Assembly: GCF_006345805.1 (NCBI RefSeq)
Contig: NC_043001.1
Location: 115,506,001-115,570,000, forward strand
Direction: 5' to 3'
DNA from: Octopus sinensis
Lineage: Eukaryota
Length of the DNA: 64,000 nt
This document shows, piece after piece, positions 13,087-26,149 of this stretch (position 1 is its first letter; every line of letters starts with the position of its first letter). Position numbers and translations under genes: made by a program. The notes under the pieces are model-generated. The model was given only the letters and a program-made list of their open reading frames with translations, did no database searches and had not been told where the DNA came from.

Positions 13087-14050
13087 AACAATAATAAATG
13101 AGCATGAAAGAGAAGAGAGAAAGAGGGAGAATTGCATTGAACATAGGGATCTTAAGTTTTCGCTAGCATATGGTATGGAAGAAGAAACTGTATTTACATA
13201 GATAGATAATGAGATAACAAAGTAATTATAATTTGCGCTAAAAAAAAGGGGGTTTTAGGTGTGTTTTAGGTTGGAAAACAGAGTTGCTTATCTGAACGTT
13301 TTCTTGGGTTCTACTTTGTGTGGCAAGATATTAAAATGTGAGGTAGCAGAATCTGAATGGCGCTACTTTATATAGGGTGGGGTTGGGAGAGCGGAGGTAA
13401 TGTCGTGTTGGGAGAAGCAAGTGGTTAACGGAACTGAGAGAGAGAGAGAGAGGGAGAGAGAGAGAGAGTCCATAGTTAGGCTGGGCGAAGACAGAACATG
13501 ACGAGATGGAATTTTTGGAATTTAGAGAAATATAATTGATCAAATGGAATGGATTTAACTTGCCATCATAACAAACTGCCTGGTGAATAACACTGCGAAG
13601 CAACAAACACTTTGGCTGTTGGTGTGAAAGATTGATGATGATAAGAAGAAGAAGAAGATAGAATTGGACATTTGCATTTTTAACTAGAGCTATAACGAAC
13701 AGGTTTTGGTCAGCCAAACTGTGACAAAATTAGATAAATGAATGAAAAACAATAATAAATGAGCATGAAAGAGAAGGAGAATTGGATTGAATGTCGGGAT
13801 CTTTAGTTTTTTCTAACATATGGTGTGGAAGACTAAACCGTGTTTATATGCATAGATAATGAAATAATAAAGTAATTATAATTTGTGCTGTTAAAAGAGG
13901 TTTTAGATGTGTTTTAGGTTGGAAAACAAAGCTGTTTATCAGAACATCTTCTTGGCTTCTACTTTGTGTGGCAAAATTACTCTGTCAGTCTCACCATGGA
14001 AAGAGTTGAGCTTGAAAATGTCATCTGCATATCCGAAGAAAAAATAGCAT
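13087..14050 (-). mobile_element. Probable Penelope-like remnant with a 661-bp-period direct duplication
   Basis: 13087-13327 repeats at 13748-13974. Minus strand at about 14045-13990 reads FGYADDIFKLNSFH, resembling the PLE RT YxDD...LNSFH region. Confidence 0.45.
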
Positions 14051-14139
14051 AAGAGTGTATTCCAGTTGGTCCATATATATGATGGTTTGCTAAGTTAGAT
14101 CAAACAGTGAGTATTGTGCAACACCTGATTATTGATATT

Positions 14140-14262
14140 AAGTATCCAAACTCTGAGGGTGTGGAAGGTGTGGGCCTGTGAGACCCTGGAATGGGGGACA
14201 GCAGCATCATGTACCTGAAGAGAAAGCTTGCATTTGGCAGAACTCATAAACATACAATAGCC
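14140..14262 (-). mobile_element. RTE 5'-end fragment
   Basis: Near-copy of 9961-10080. Confidence 0.75.
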
Positions 14263-14447
14263 TGTTTTATTTTTCATCTAACTAAAAATATATAAACAAT
14301 ATTCATGAGATTACTATTATCACAGTTCCCTTCTCCATCAGAAATAAATATACATATATATACATATTTTCAAAACACACACACACACACACACACACAC
14401 ATTCCATTCATTTCTCAATATAATTTTTGTCACTTTTCCTATTTCAG

Positions 14448-14768
14448 TTTTACCAAAATCAGTCACAATCAAGAGTATTTCTAACACAGTTCCTGTGGAA
14501 AATCAGAACAAAAGTTATGAATGCCTTATTAAAGACACCAACCCTGAATTTTCAGTCTTTTGGTTGATTACTAAGAATGATGGAACTCAAAAAAATGTTA
14601 CAAAGTATATTTCAAACAAGTCAAGCAAATCAGGAAAGCTGAGCACTTTATCATCAGAACTGACATTAACCCTTAATAAGTATTTTAAGGAATTACAGTG
14701 TGTTGCATATTTTCCGGGTAAAAGTGAATTTGATAACCATTCAAAGGAACTCGATTTGGATATAAAAT
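14448..14768 (+). CDS. Internal exon B of the Ig-superfamily gene (C2/CD80-like Ig domain)
   Basis: Acceptor tttcctatttcag at 14447, donor gtaagt at 14769; 321 nt, phase 1-1. Encodes LPKSVTI...YECLIKDTNPEFSVFW...SELTLTL...LQCVA...ELDLDIK. Confidence 0.88.
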
Positions 14769-15419
14769 GTAAGTTTCTCTTCTTTATCTCTATAAAGCAC
14801 AAAGTATAGATTTGTTCAAAGTATTTTTGTGAAATATTTCTTCATTTCTAGATTTATATTTACCACAACAATGAGAAGATTACACAACTTCAACAGTTTT
14901 GAAAAGATTTTTTTAAATTTATTTCTTTTGTTGTAATATTGTATCTCTGAGCAATTATGAACTAGTTGATCCCAAAATATTTATGGTCATTTCTGTATTT
15001 TGCCTAAATTTACTAAAGCATCTACTTCATTGAGTTCTGGTTTCTAGAGTAAGATGTATAATGTTGTGGAAGATTCCGACCACTTCCTAATGATTAAACA
15101 TGGACTGATACTTTTCTATGAAATAAAGAACTGCCGAGTTGACTCGAGCAGTTGATAGAAAGTGTTTAGCCTCATCTAGCAGCAGTAGTACTACATCATA
15201 CAAAGACCTTACTTTACGCCCAAATCAGAAAATATATCCAACGCAGTAGGCTATAAAAATGGCCATGAGATATTCGAAGCTTGCATTGAACATTAAAACT
15301 TTATGGTGCAAAACAAAAAATCAGCATCAACAACAACTACAGCAGTAACAACAACAGCAACTACAACAGCAAAGCCAACAGTTGCTTGGATTAAAATTAA
15401 AGAAGTTTAAAAATACATA

Positions 15420-15545
15420 AGGTTCATACTCACCAGAGAGCGTAGCAAACCCAGTTGAAGAATTCAGTTATAATCCAGAAGACTGGATCACCTTCTCTGT
15501 ATATTCTCAAAGATATGAAGAAATGTTCAAAGAAGAATGAAAAAA
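15420..15545 (+). mobile_element. Possible gag fragment of a second Ty3/gypsy family
   Basis: PESVANPVEEFSYNPEDWITFSVYSQRYEEMFKEE resembles the EFxYDPExxxTFxxWxxRYEDxF gag motif as I recall it; short and interrupted by a stop. Confidence 0.4.
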
Positions 15546-16219
15546 ATTACATATTGTAACAGACAAATGAACAATAAAAATATGAAGCAAATGTTTACTG
15601 TTTGTGTGTGCTATATGGTGGGCAATACGTATATTTGCCCAGGCAGAAATATGTTGGCGCGTTGTAAGAGATGTGTGTCTATTGATTACTCGACCCACTA
15701 GAGGTCTAATAGAGGCAAGGTGTCTTTCAATGGCGAAAAAGATCGAGTGGTAGCATACATGAGAATATGACTTGTAAATGAGTGTGAACATACAGGTAGC
15801 AAAAAATATATTTACAAGAAAGCAAAACATTTTAAAGAGAAAACAAAACATATGTACATGCAAAAATTAAAGAAATGTTCATTGGCAAAGTTCGATTGTG
15901 AAATGTTCCGTAAATGTTCATACAGACAGTTTTTCGTTGATGTGGAACAACGTTTTTGTTTTCATTTTTTTTCCGTGATGTACACGAATGTTCTTTGATT
16001 TCTTTGGGTTTGTATGTGGGTGATGCAGTCATGTGAGTTATGTGTTGATGTATGCATTTCATTTAGGAAGATGGATAAGTTAAGAGTTCGGAACTTACCC
16101 GAAAAACTTGCACAAACCTTGCTGGCCATCGAACTGTTCTTCCCGATTTGGTGTGTCGGGTTGTGTAGAATCTGTGGTGTTTGCTGGAGTTGTTGAGTCT
16201 GTTTGAGGAAAGGAGGGAA

Positions 16220-19200
16220 CTGAATGTAAGTCCTCCTCGATAAAGCTTTTTTTAAACGATCAATCGAGACCGTATTTCATTTACCTCCAATATCGAGGAC
16301 GAAATACTTGGGTTCTCTTTTGATAACCTTGTAGGGCCCGGAATATGGTGGCCGAAGTTGAGATGGTATCCCATCATTCCTCATGAAAACATGAGTCCAA
16401 GTGTTGATATCTTTTGGGACACATGAAACAACGTTCTGTTGTCTGGGGCCTGAAGGTGATAACTGCGACATGGATGTCCATAATCGGTGCACATATTGTT
16501 GTGGGTCAGGAAAGTCTTGTGAAACAGGTTCGATCATCTGCCCGGGTAAGGTGAGTGCTGTGCCATAAACGAGTTCAGCCAAAGTATATCCCAGTTCCTC
16601 CTTAACCGTGGATCGAAATCCAAGGAGGATGAGAGGGATATGTCCCAACCAGTGAGAACTGTCTGGAGCTGCTTTGATAGATGCCTTGAGTTGGCAGTGA
16701 AAGCGTTCGACCATGCCATTTGCTGCAGGGTGGTAAGCCATAGTGCGGGTGTGTTTACACCCGAGGAGACGAGTCAGCTCAGTGAAAAGGTGGGAATCGA
16801 ACTGACGTCCTCTGTCGGTGGTGATTGTTGCGGGTGTGCCAAAACGCGAAACCCATTGTGATATCAGCATTTTGGCGACCGTTTCTGCTGATGTATTTTA
16901 TAAGGGCCAGGCTTCGGGCCATCAAGAAAAACGGTCTACGCAGGTAAGCAAATATGTATAGTTCTGCGAAGGTGGCAGGGGTCCGACGATATCAATGTGA
17001 ACATGCTGAAATCGTGCGTCAGGTTGCGAAAAGGAACCGACTGGTGATTTTATGTGCCGGTGGATTTTTGCTTTTTGGCACGCAACACAGCACTTGGTCC
17101 ATTCTTTGATATCCTTGTTGATACTGGTCCACACAAAACGGGTCGATATCAGCTTTTGAGTGGAGCGAATAACAGGATGTGACAGAGAATGCAGAGCGGA
17201 GAAAACCTCTCGACGGTGTTTCTGTGGTACATAAGGGCGTTGGTGACCAGTGGAGATATCACACCAAATATGGGCCGTGGATGATGGTAGTGGAACATGC
17301 TGAAATTTCAAAGATGACGAATTCCGGAGCTTTAGAAGTTCTTCGTCATTCTCCTGGTCAGCTGCTATACGTGCCAGATCAATTGTAGACGTGGTGTGGA
17401 TAGCATTGATCTGCGTGCGTGAAAGTGCATTGGCTGCTAAGTTGGTCGTCCCTTTGATGTGGCGTATATCCGTCGTGTACTGCGATATGAAGTCGAGGTG
17501 GCGGATTTCTCTCGGCGAGTGGCGATCCGGCTTAGTGTTAAATGTATATACTAATGGCTTGTGGTCGGTGTATATGGCAAAATTGGTACCTTCTAGCATG
17601 TGACGGAAATGCTTAACGGCCAGGTATGCCGCTAATAATTCCCGACTGAATGTGCTGTATTTGGTTTCCGCGGATTTTAACCGCTTAGAAAAGAAAGACA
17701 ACGGTTGCCATATACCTATTTCTTTACTACCCACAAGGAGCTAAACACAGAGGGGACAAACAAGGAAAGACAAACGGATTAAGTCGATGAAATCGACCCC
17801 AGAGCGTAACTGGTACTTAATTTATCGACCCCGAAAGGATGAAAGGCAAAGTCGACCTCGGGGGAATTTGAACTCAGAACGTAGCGGCAGACAAAATACC
17901 GCAAAGCATTTCGCCCGGCATGCTAACGTTTCTGCCAGCTCGCTGCCTTATACCGTTCCCATATACCGTCAACAAGCTGCTGTAGTACACCTCCAACTCT
18001 GGAATCGGATGCATCAATGAGTAAACACTGCGGGGCGTCTGGTTTTGGATAAACCAACATGCTAGCATTAGATAACGCATTTTTCAGCGTAGCGAAAGAA
18101 GCGAGTTGATCTTCGGTCAGAGCTATATCTGCATTTTTGCAAGTTCGCTGACGTAGCAAATCCGTGAGCGGTTGCGCTATCTCAGCGAGGTGGGGTATGA
18201 ATCGTCGATAGAAATTCGCTAGACCGAGATATTCTCTTAATTTGCGGAGAGATGTGGGTGGTGGAAAATCCACGATGGCCTTGACTTTCTCGGGAAGGGG
18301 ACGAATTCCATCCTTATCGACGACGTAGCCTAGAAAATGAAGGGAAGCAACTCCGAACATACATTCACTAGGGTTGATAACAACACCGAATTTGCAAAGG
18401 CGTTCGAATAGCAGGTGAAGGTGTTGGTTATGTTCGTTGTCCGAGTTACTGGCCACGATTATGTCGTCTATGTAGGCATAGACGAAACGCAAACCTCTAG
18501 TCACCATGTCGATAAACCTTTGGAATGTCTGTGCCGCATTGCGTAAACCGAGAGGCATACGCAGGAATTCAAACATTCCGAAAGGTGTAGCGACCGCTGT
18601 CTTCGGAATGTCCGCAGGTTCCACTGGGATTTGGTTGTATGCTCGCACAAGGTCGATTTTGGAAAAGATGCGAGCTCCATGCAGCGAGCTCGAAAAGTCT
18701 TGAAGAAAGGGCACTGGATAGGCATCACTAATAGTGCTTTTATTCAGCGATTGATAATCGCCGCAAACCCGCCAATCGGTCGATGATTTTTTGAGGACGC
18801 AGTGTATCGGCGAGGACCAGTTGCTGCTGGAAGGGCAGATGATTCCGAAGTCGAGCATGTGCTGGAATTCCCGCTTGACGGCCTGGAGACGATCAGGTGG
18901 TAACCTTCGGGGCCTTGCAGCAACAGGTGGACCGCTGGTTTTGATGTGGTGGATAACGTCGTGCTTGATCGGCTGGTTGTGGAATACTGGTCGAGCGACG
19001 TCCGGATATTCCTTCAGGATAGAACTGTGACGAGCCATTGTTGTAAGCAATATAGTTGGGCTGACTGTGGCCATATGAGCGGCTATACCGCGCACAGTAA
19101 GCTTGGTGGTGCTGTCGACAAGTCGTCTGTTCTTAATGTCTACCAGGAGACCGAAATGATGCAGGAAATCGGCTCCTAAAATAGGGGTCGGCAGTTTAGC

Positions 19201-19479
19201 GATGACGAATACCCACTGAAATGTGTGGCGTAGTCCTAAGTTCAATGTTAGGGACTGTTCACCGTAGGTTGGGATGGGTGAATGGTTGACTGCCTGAAGA
19301 CAGACTGGTGTCTCTTTTCTTTTTCCAGAAGTGTTGGAAACAGGGATGATGCTGACTTCTGCACCGGTGTCATCCAGGAAACACGTGCCTGTTACCCGAT
19401 CACAAACGAAAAACAGGGGACTGTGTGGGTGCGAGCCAGGAACTTCCGTCGCATTCAATTCCTGGCTGTGCCATTTCCC
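16220..19479 (-). pseudogene. pol: Gypsy pol (protease, RT, RNase H, integrase), interrupted by a SINE and in-frame stops
   Basis: [81 protein letters not shown]. Stops near 16924, 16900 and 16279 are all in frame. Confidence 0.92.
17717..17954 (-). mobile_element. tRNA-derived SINE inserted in the gypsy RNase H region
   Basis: Minus strand shows A box TGGCAGAAACG and B box GAGTTCAAATTCC. Flanked by a 13-bp TSD with one mismatch: gttgccatatacc (17704-17716) and gttcccatatacc (17955-17967). Confidence 0.9.
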
Positions 19480-20342
19480 GAACTTGATAAGGAAAATGAG
19501 CATGGTACCGTACATTTTTGTGCCCGTGTTCTGAATGTTCGGTGGTACCAACACATGTCATGTGAGTTGCGGGTAACACTGGGGCTTTGAGACCGTCTGC
19601 CATCTCGTCGCGATCGGCTGGTGCTTCGACGCTGGGGACTAAGCTTTAGGGCTTGTATTTGGGCTGTGAGGATTTGTATTTGTGCAGCTTGCTGCGTCAT
19701 TAATGCAAGCAAATCCGAAATCTCGGAAGAACTGGTTTGTGCACGGAAAGGATTGGTACTAGGAGCGGCTGGCGTCACCGTCGATACCATTGGATATTTG
19801 TGCGGTACTTCGGCTATTTTGTCAGCTAGCTCTGCCAGTTCTTCAATGGATGTATTTTCTCTAGTAGAAGCGAGAACAACCTGGGTATTGGAGGGCAGAC
19901 GCTGGAGAAAAAGCTGCTTGAAATTTTTTTCCGGGAGGCTCTCATCTCCGAGAAGCTGCTTCATTCTACGAAGAAGCTGGGACAGCGTTTTGTCACCCAA
20001 TTCTTCCGATATCAAAAGCTAGTGAAGTTGTTTCTGTTGCGATTCGGAGGTTCTGTTTATCAGAATGGTTTTAAAAGTGTCATACGACACAGAATTGGGT
20101 GGTGCCATGATAAGATCACGGACAAAGTTTGTGATTTCTGGTGACAGAAAACCGATAACATGCAAAAGTCGAGACGCATCGCTCAGTATTCGGTGAGAGG
20201 AAAACTGTGCCTCTATATGGTAAAACCGTAATGAAGGGTCGTGGGTCCAGAATGGTGGAATTTTCAAAGAAATCGCTGCTTGGAATGCCATGTCGATCGG
20301 AGGTATGATGTTGGCCGCTGGATTCTGTTCCGGGAGGGCCAT
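19455..20342 (-). pseudogene. gag: Gypsy gag with one in-frame premature stop (TAG at 20021-20019)
   Basis: LKIPPFW...IEAQF, EELGDKTLSQLLRRM, and the Cys-His motif CWYH...KC..PC. ORFs 20019-20342 and 19455-20015 are in the same frame. Confidence 0.88.
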
Positions 20343-21753
20343 TGTGTTCGTCGGAATTCTCAGGTGTTTCGTTGCCGGGTGATGTGCAAGCTGTATTTCT
20401 TCGACGCGGTTGATGAAGCTGTTTCCGGGGAAGGCGCAATTCTTTTGACGGGGTCACCAAATGTAGTGGATGTGTGTGTATGTAAATAAATACATAAATT
20501 GTTTCATGATTAAAAAGGGATTTATTTACAGGGTTATAAGTACACTACATACAAATATAAGCAAATGCTACGAATTGGTTGTATAGAACACATATTAAAA
20601 ATGAATATGTTTGTGTGTGTGAGTGTGTGCGTGAATCATTCGAAACAGTTGTCGATAGATACTGTAGGCATTTCTCTCTGTCTGCCAAAACGCGGGGCGA
20701 GATAAATCTGTCTGCTGCCATGACCGCTGCGATTGTGTGTCCCTTCTCTGTTTTCCCCATTGTATTTATAATATTTGTGACAGCTAGAAAAACAGACATA
20801 TCGCAATAGAGACAATACTTATTTAGGTCAGCACTTGTCCATTTGAACTTAGCCTGACATGGCTGAGGTCGCAGGTCGAAGGGAGATGATCAATCACTTT
20901 TTGACAGAACAAAGAGATCCTATTTTCGCGCCTTTAATTGCATTGCTTTGGACGAACGATGATTCTTGGATTCGATTTCGAATCTAGGCTTAGAGAAGGA
21001 AGTGCTAATTCTTACAGGTCCAACTGTTCACTGTTTGAGATGTATCTAGTCCTGGAATCTCAAATTTGTATTATTAATCTTAGTGTATCATTAATCTCAT
21101 TTTCAAAGTCAGTTTGGTTTGTCCAATGTAATCTTCACTGCATATATTACATTTGATGACATATGTTAAATTATTTGATGAGCAAATGAAGTTGTTTTCA
21201 CAATAAAACGATATGCTGATTTAAATTTATGTTATGTATCTTCAATAAGTTTAGTACAAGTTATGAATTTAGAACCACACTTTTCAGCTGTTTATAGGAA
21301 GTAGTTCTGAATTGGTATATAGTTTTTTGCCTTTTTAACGTTAAATGTCTTAGTGTTTCTTGTGGTCTGTGATGTAATAATTGTTATAAAAGGTAGAGTT
21401 TAGTGTGTATCTTCAATGTCTATTGCTTTGGCATGTTCTATTCAATTCCCTGTTATCTTAGACAGGTATTGTCTTTCAAGTACTGCCTGTTTTAATTGTT
21501 GGAGCGTTTTATACTGTACTTCAAGATTGGAAACAAGAGAGTGAAGTTCTAGCAAGGTTAAATGGTATATTTGGTTTGATATGTGTTGGTTGGCATAAGG
21601 TAACTTGTAGGTACTGTTTATATTCTGGGTAAATGCATCTCTTATGGCCACTCAGTGTATTTTCAACTTGTTTTATTTCCTTGATGCTCCTACATGTATA
21701 AATAAATAACACTCATATTTCTATATACACACAGATACTCACACACGCATATA

Positions 21754-22525
21754 CACTTTCTTCTCGACTTACGAATGTGTCCTATTCCGACTGACAGGTT
21801 GTATGGTGAATTTATATTTTTCAGCAGTATTTTCATTACAAAAATATAAAACACAAAAATTTAATCTATAATTATTATATATAATGTAAAAAATACATAA
21901 GTACCTTATTGCACTGTAAACAAAAATACAATCTAAAATTAATGTAAAAATTAAAACAAAAGAAATTTCACATACATACAATAAAAAAATTGTTCCTGTG
22001 AAAAAAGTGCAATTAAAATACAATTTTAATCTTCACAGTCAGGTTCTTGGGTTGAGACAGAGGGGTTTTTGAGGAACATGGTGAGCTTTGTTGGAATAGT
22101 TTGTTTTTTTTCCTGTCATATATCTTATGATAACAATACACAGTATCTTGAATGATACATTCAACCTTTGCAAAGCGGTTGACATTAGGATCCATTGCTT
22201 TGAAACTGGTAAAAGTTTTATTGAATTGCGAAAACGAAACAATAAACACTTCATTTTGAATTTCTTTTCTGGTTCATCTTCTTCTTTCTCACTTTTTCTT
22301 CTACTGCTCTGTGTACTTCCAATTCAATCTCTGCAACTGAGTGAGAGACAGTGGCAGGCAGTGGATGCCTGGGTTTGAGGGAGACCTGTATTACCAGATG
22401 CTGCCATGGTTATCGTATGCACAACTGTCCAAAATCCAAAAATTGATTTTGTATTTTATTTATTTTTTGTGGTTATATGTGCAGATTGTCATAAGTCACA
22501 TAGGTCATAAGTCGAGGAGAAGGTG
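21754..22525 (-). mobile_element. Non-autonomous pogo/Tigger-like element (772 bp)
   Basis: 21-bp TIRs match 18/21 (cactttcttctcgacttacga vs the reverse complement of 22505-22525), each flanked by TA. ORF 22013-22249 FKAMDPNVNRFAKVECIIQDTVYCYHKIYDRKK resembles the Tigger transposase C-terminus. Confidence 0.8.
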
Positions 22526-22697
22526 TATTAGGTAGGTCATCCACATGCAATAACCATGCCAAAGCAGACAATGGAGGTTGGTGCAGTCCTCTGGCTTACC
22601 AGCTCCTGTCAAACCATCAAACACATAGGAGACGAATGTTAAATGTTGATGTTGATAATGATGATATATAACACTTACATATACATATATATATCTC

Positions 22698-25198
22698 ACC
22701 TAGGGACATCCTCATCAAGGAATTTGACGAGAGGAAGGAGGATCTACAGTCCTCAGACATAGGAGGTAGCTGGAAATTCTTACAGGACAGCTTACTGAGT
22801 GCCTTGCGGATAGTGCAAGTCCCTTCCAGACCTAGAGTTTTGTGGTGGGGGAATAATACGGTAGACAAGGCCATGAGAACAAAGAAACAAGCTTGGAAAG
22901 CCTGGAAGCGTGGGAGTAGCAGAAAACTGTACCAGATTGCCAAAAGGGAGGCTGGCACCAGTTATACATAGCCAAGGGAGAAGCAGAAAAGAAGAAGTTT
23001 TCCCATGTCCAGGCATGTGAGGACCAAAGAACTGAAGTATTCCAGATTGTAAGACAGTATGTAAGGGAAAATTGTTATGTCACAGGAGAGAAATTTGTCC
23101 ATATGGATGATGGTGCACTTGCTTTTAATGATTCAGAAAATAAAGAGGCTTGGAGGAGCCATTATGGAAGACTGCTGAATGTGGGGAATGAATGAGAGGA
23201 GAGCCTGCTAAATGTTGATCCAGTAGAGGGACCAGCTATCTGAATAGACAGCACCCTGGTAGATAAAGGAATTATGGATATGAAGCTAGGAAAAGCCCCC
23301 AGCCTATCAGGAATCACCACTGAGATGCTTAAAACATCTGGTGGTTCATGATGGAGTTATACCCAATGACTGGCACAGCAGCACCATAGTCAATTGCTAC
23401 AAAGGTAAAGGTGATGCTTTAGATAGAAATAACTACAGGGGTATCAAACTGCTGGATCAGGTGATGAAGGTCATAGAGAGGGTCACAGCCCAACTAATTA
23501 GAGAGAGAGTCTGCTTAGATGAGATGCAGTCTGGTTAAATGAGATGCCAGGTAGATGCACCACTGATGCTATATTCCTGGTACAGCAACTCCAGGAGAAG
23601 TACATAGCCAAGATATATTTGGCTTTTGTGGACTTGGAGAAAGTCTTTGACAGGATCCCCCAATCCCTTATCTGGTGGGAAAAGGGGAAACTGGGGATTG
23701 ACAAATGGTTAATAAGGGGTATACAGGCCCTATACAGAGTAGGGTTAGTATTGGAAATGAGTATAGTGAAGAATTCCGGGTAGAAGTTGGGGTCCACCAA
23801 GGATCAGCCCTCAGCCCCCTCTTATTCATCATAGTCCTCCAGACAATAACAGAGGAATTCAAGACAGATTGCCCTGGGAACTGCTCTATGCTGATGACCT
23901 GGTCCTCATAGCAGAATCCCTACCAGAACTAGAGAAGAAACATCAAGTGTGGAAGCAAGGTTTAGAATCAAAGGGCCTTAGAGTCAACGTTGTAAAGACC
24001 AAAGTTCTAGTAAGTAGGAAGGCGAACACATCACACACCCCTTCAGGTAGGTGGCCTTGTTCGACCTATAGAAAAGGTCTAGGTAGAAACTCCATAAGAT
24101 GTACCCAGTTTAAGCTATGGACACGTAAGAGATGCAGTAATATCAAAGGGAGATTAACCAGGAAGATAGCTTTCACATGCAGCAGATGCACAGGGGCAAT
24201 CAACACCACAGATGCTCAGAAATCAGATTCCATCACATGCCAGGGGAAGAAACTAGAAGTAGTTTATAGCTTCCACTACCTAGGTGACCAAGTCTGTAGT
24301 GGGGAGTGAATGCTCAGAGAGTGTTACCACTAGAATAAGAATAGCCTGGGCAAAGTTCAGAAAGCTTCTACCCCTACTGGTGACAAAGGGTCTCTCACTC
24401 AGAGTGAAAGGTAGATTGTATGATGCATGTGTGCGAACTGCCATACTTCATGGCTGCTGAAGACATGTGTAGGCTTGAAAGAAATGAAGCTACCATGATC
24501 CACTGGATGTGTAATGCCAGTGTTAACACATAACAGTGTGTAAGCTCCCTGAGAGATATGTTAGACATAAGAAGTATTGGATATGGCATGCAAGAGAGAC
24601 ATTTGCATTGGTATGGTCATGTACTACAGATGGACAAGGAGAGCTGCGTGAAGAAGTGCCACTCCCAAACAGTGGAAGGAATCTGGGGTAGAGGTAGACC
24701 CAGGAAGATATGGGATGAGTATGACGAAGTATGACGTTTGAACATTGGGCCTCACAGAGGCAGTGACAAAAGACCAAGCCCTTTGGAGGTATGCTGTGAC
24801 TGAGAAGACCCAGCAAATAAAATGAGTCCACAGCTGTAACCTACACCAGTGTCACATAACCAGCCCACTCAAAAGTACCTTGGATCGTAGGGTGGCATGC
24901 CATGCTTGAGGAGATCTATTGAGTCAAGTACATCAACATCAACAGCAATATCAAAATTAAATCAAATGGAAATAGTAGTTGTAAACCCCTTGCTGGTAGC
25001 ATGTAAAAAGCACCATCCAGATGTGGCCAATGCCAGTGCCGCTTTGACTGAATTCTGTACTGGTGGCATGTAAAAAGCATCATACGATTGTGATCAACGC
25101 CAGCTCCTCTGGCTCCTGTGCCAGTGGTACATAAAAGCACCCACTATGCTCTGACTTGTTGGCATAAGGAAGGGCATCCAGCTGTAGAAACACTGCAA
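22698..25198 (+). mobile_element. RTE-type LINE, 5'-truncated and degenerate
   Basis: YKGKGDALDRNNYRGIKLL, FVDLEKVFDRIP, VGVHQGSALSPLLF, WELLYADDL, HYLG; the 3' UTR is cut before the tail. Confidence 0.92.
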
Positions 25199-26149
25199 GA
25201 CAGTGTAAGAAAATGGTTAAGCAATAGATATGAAACAAAGAATGGAGGAATGAAAATAGACATGAGATATGTAGGGATGTTGCATCTGTAGATCCATTAT
25301 TTGGGCAGAATGGTATACATATAAGAGTCCAGTACCTTGTGAGTAAGTTCCAATAATATTTAAAGTTGGTCACTCCAAGTATAGAGTTTGTACACATTGT
25401 TATTAAATTGAGGGTTTTATTTAAAGTGACTTAAAAGTTGGTAATGTATTTGTAACATCAAATCAAAACCAGGAGGATAGGAACAAAGAAAAGAAAAAAA
25501 CAAAAAAAAGTGGGGAGAGAGATAATAAAGAGATGAAGAGGGGAAAATGTACTGGTTAGTGGTCAGTCAAGATAAATTGATAGTAGGAATGGGGAGGTGG
25601 GGTGATAGAGAGAGAAAGATATGAGAGTGTAAAAAGATGATAGGGTAAAGAGTAAAGAGTGTCAGATAGAAGGAATGGGGGTTGATTGGTGATAGAGAGA
25701 GATAGGTATGAGAGTGTAAAGAGTAAAGTATTGTCAGGAAAGTAGTGATAGAGCCTAAGTGAGGGGCGGAGACGGGGGTAGGAGTAGTAAATTGGTGGAA
25801 TGAAGAATTTGAGAATATAGGTTAGGTTGGTTAGAGGACTGGTCTATGCTTAGTAGTAGAAGAATATATATATATATAAACATGTATACACATGCATATA
25901 TTAATATAGATATTTATACATATCAACACCTACACATACAACACGTACTCATATGTTTATGTAGACCCATACATACATGTAATTGTAAGTATTATCGCCC
26001 CTATACACGCAGGTATATATACCTTGCATACATACATACATACACACACACATACACACATTTATAAGGTTATTGGGATTACCTAAGGGGTATTGTGGAA
26101 ATATGCTGTATAGTCATTTAGGCATTTGGATTTGTGGAAGAATTTGAAT

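Larger units (their letters stand above)
16200..20782 (-). mobile_element. Ty3/gypsy LTR retrotransposon (CsRN1-like), decayed, only one LTR recognisable
   Basis: Order is gag-PR-RT-RH-IN. PBS TGGTGACCC (20459-20451) follows a putative LTR (20782-20462, TGTCAC...CTACA; far boundary tentative). No second LTR copy found in the window. Confidence 0.92.

Noticed and set aside
15050-16100. Second (3') LTR of the gypsy element
   Set aside because: No match to 20462-20782 and no polypurine tract was found by eye.
19282-20489. Plus-strand ORFs (19282-19590, 19621-20022, 20241-20489)
   Set aside because: Shadow ORFs antisense to gypsy gag/pol, with no independent motifs.
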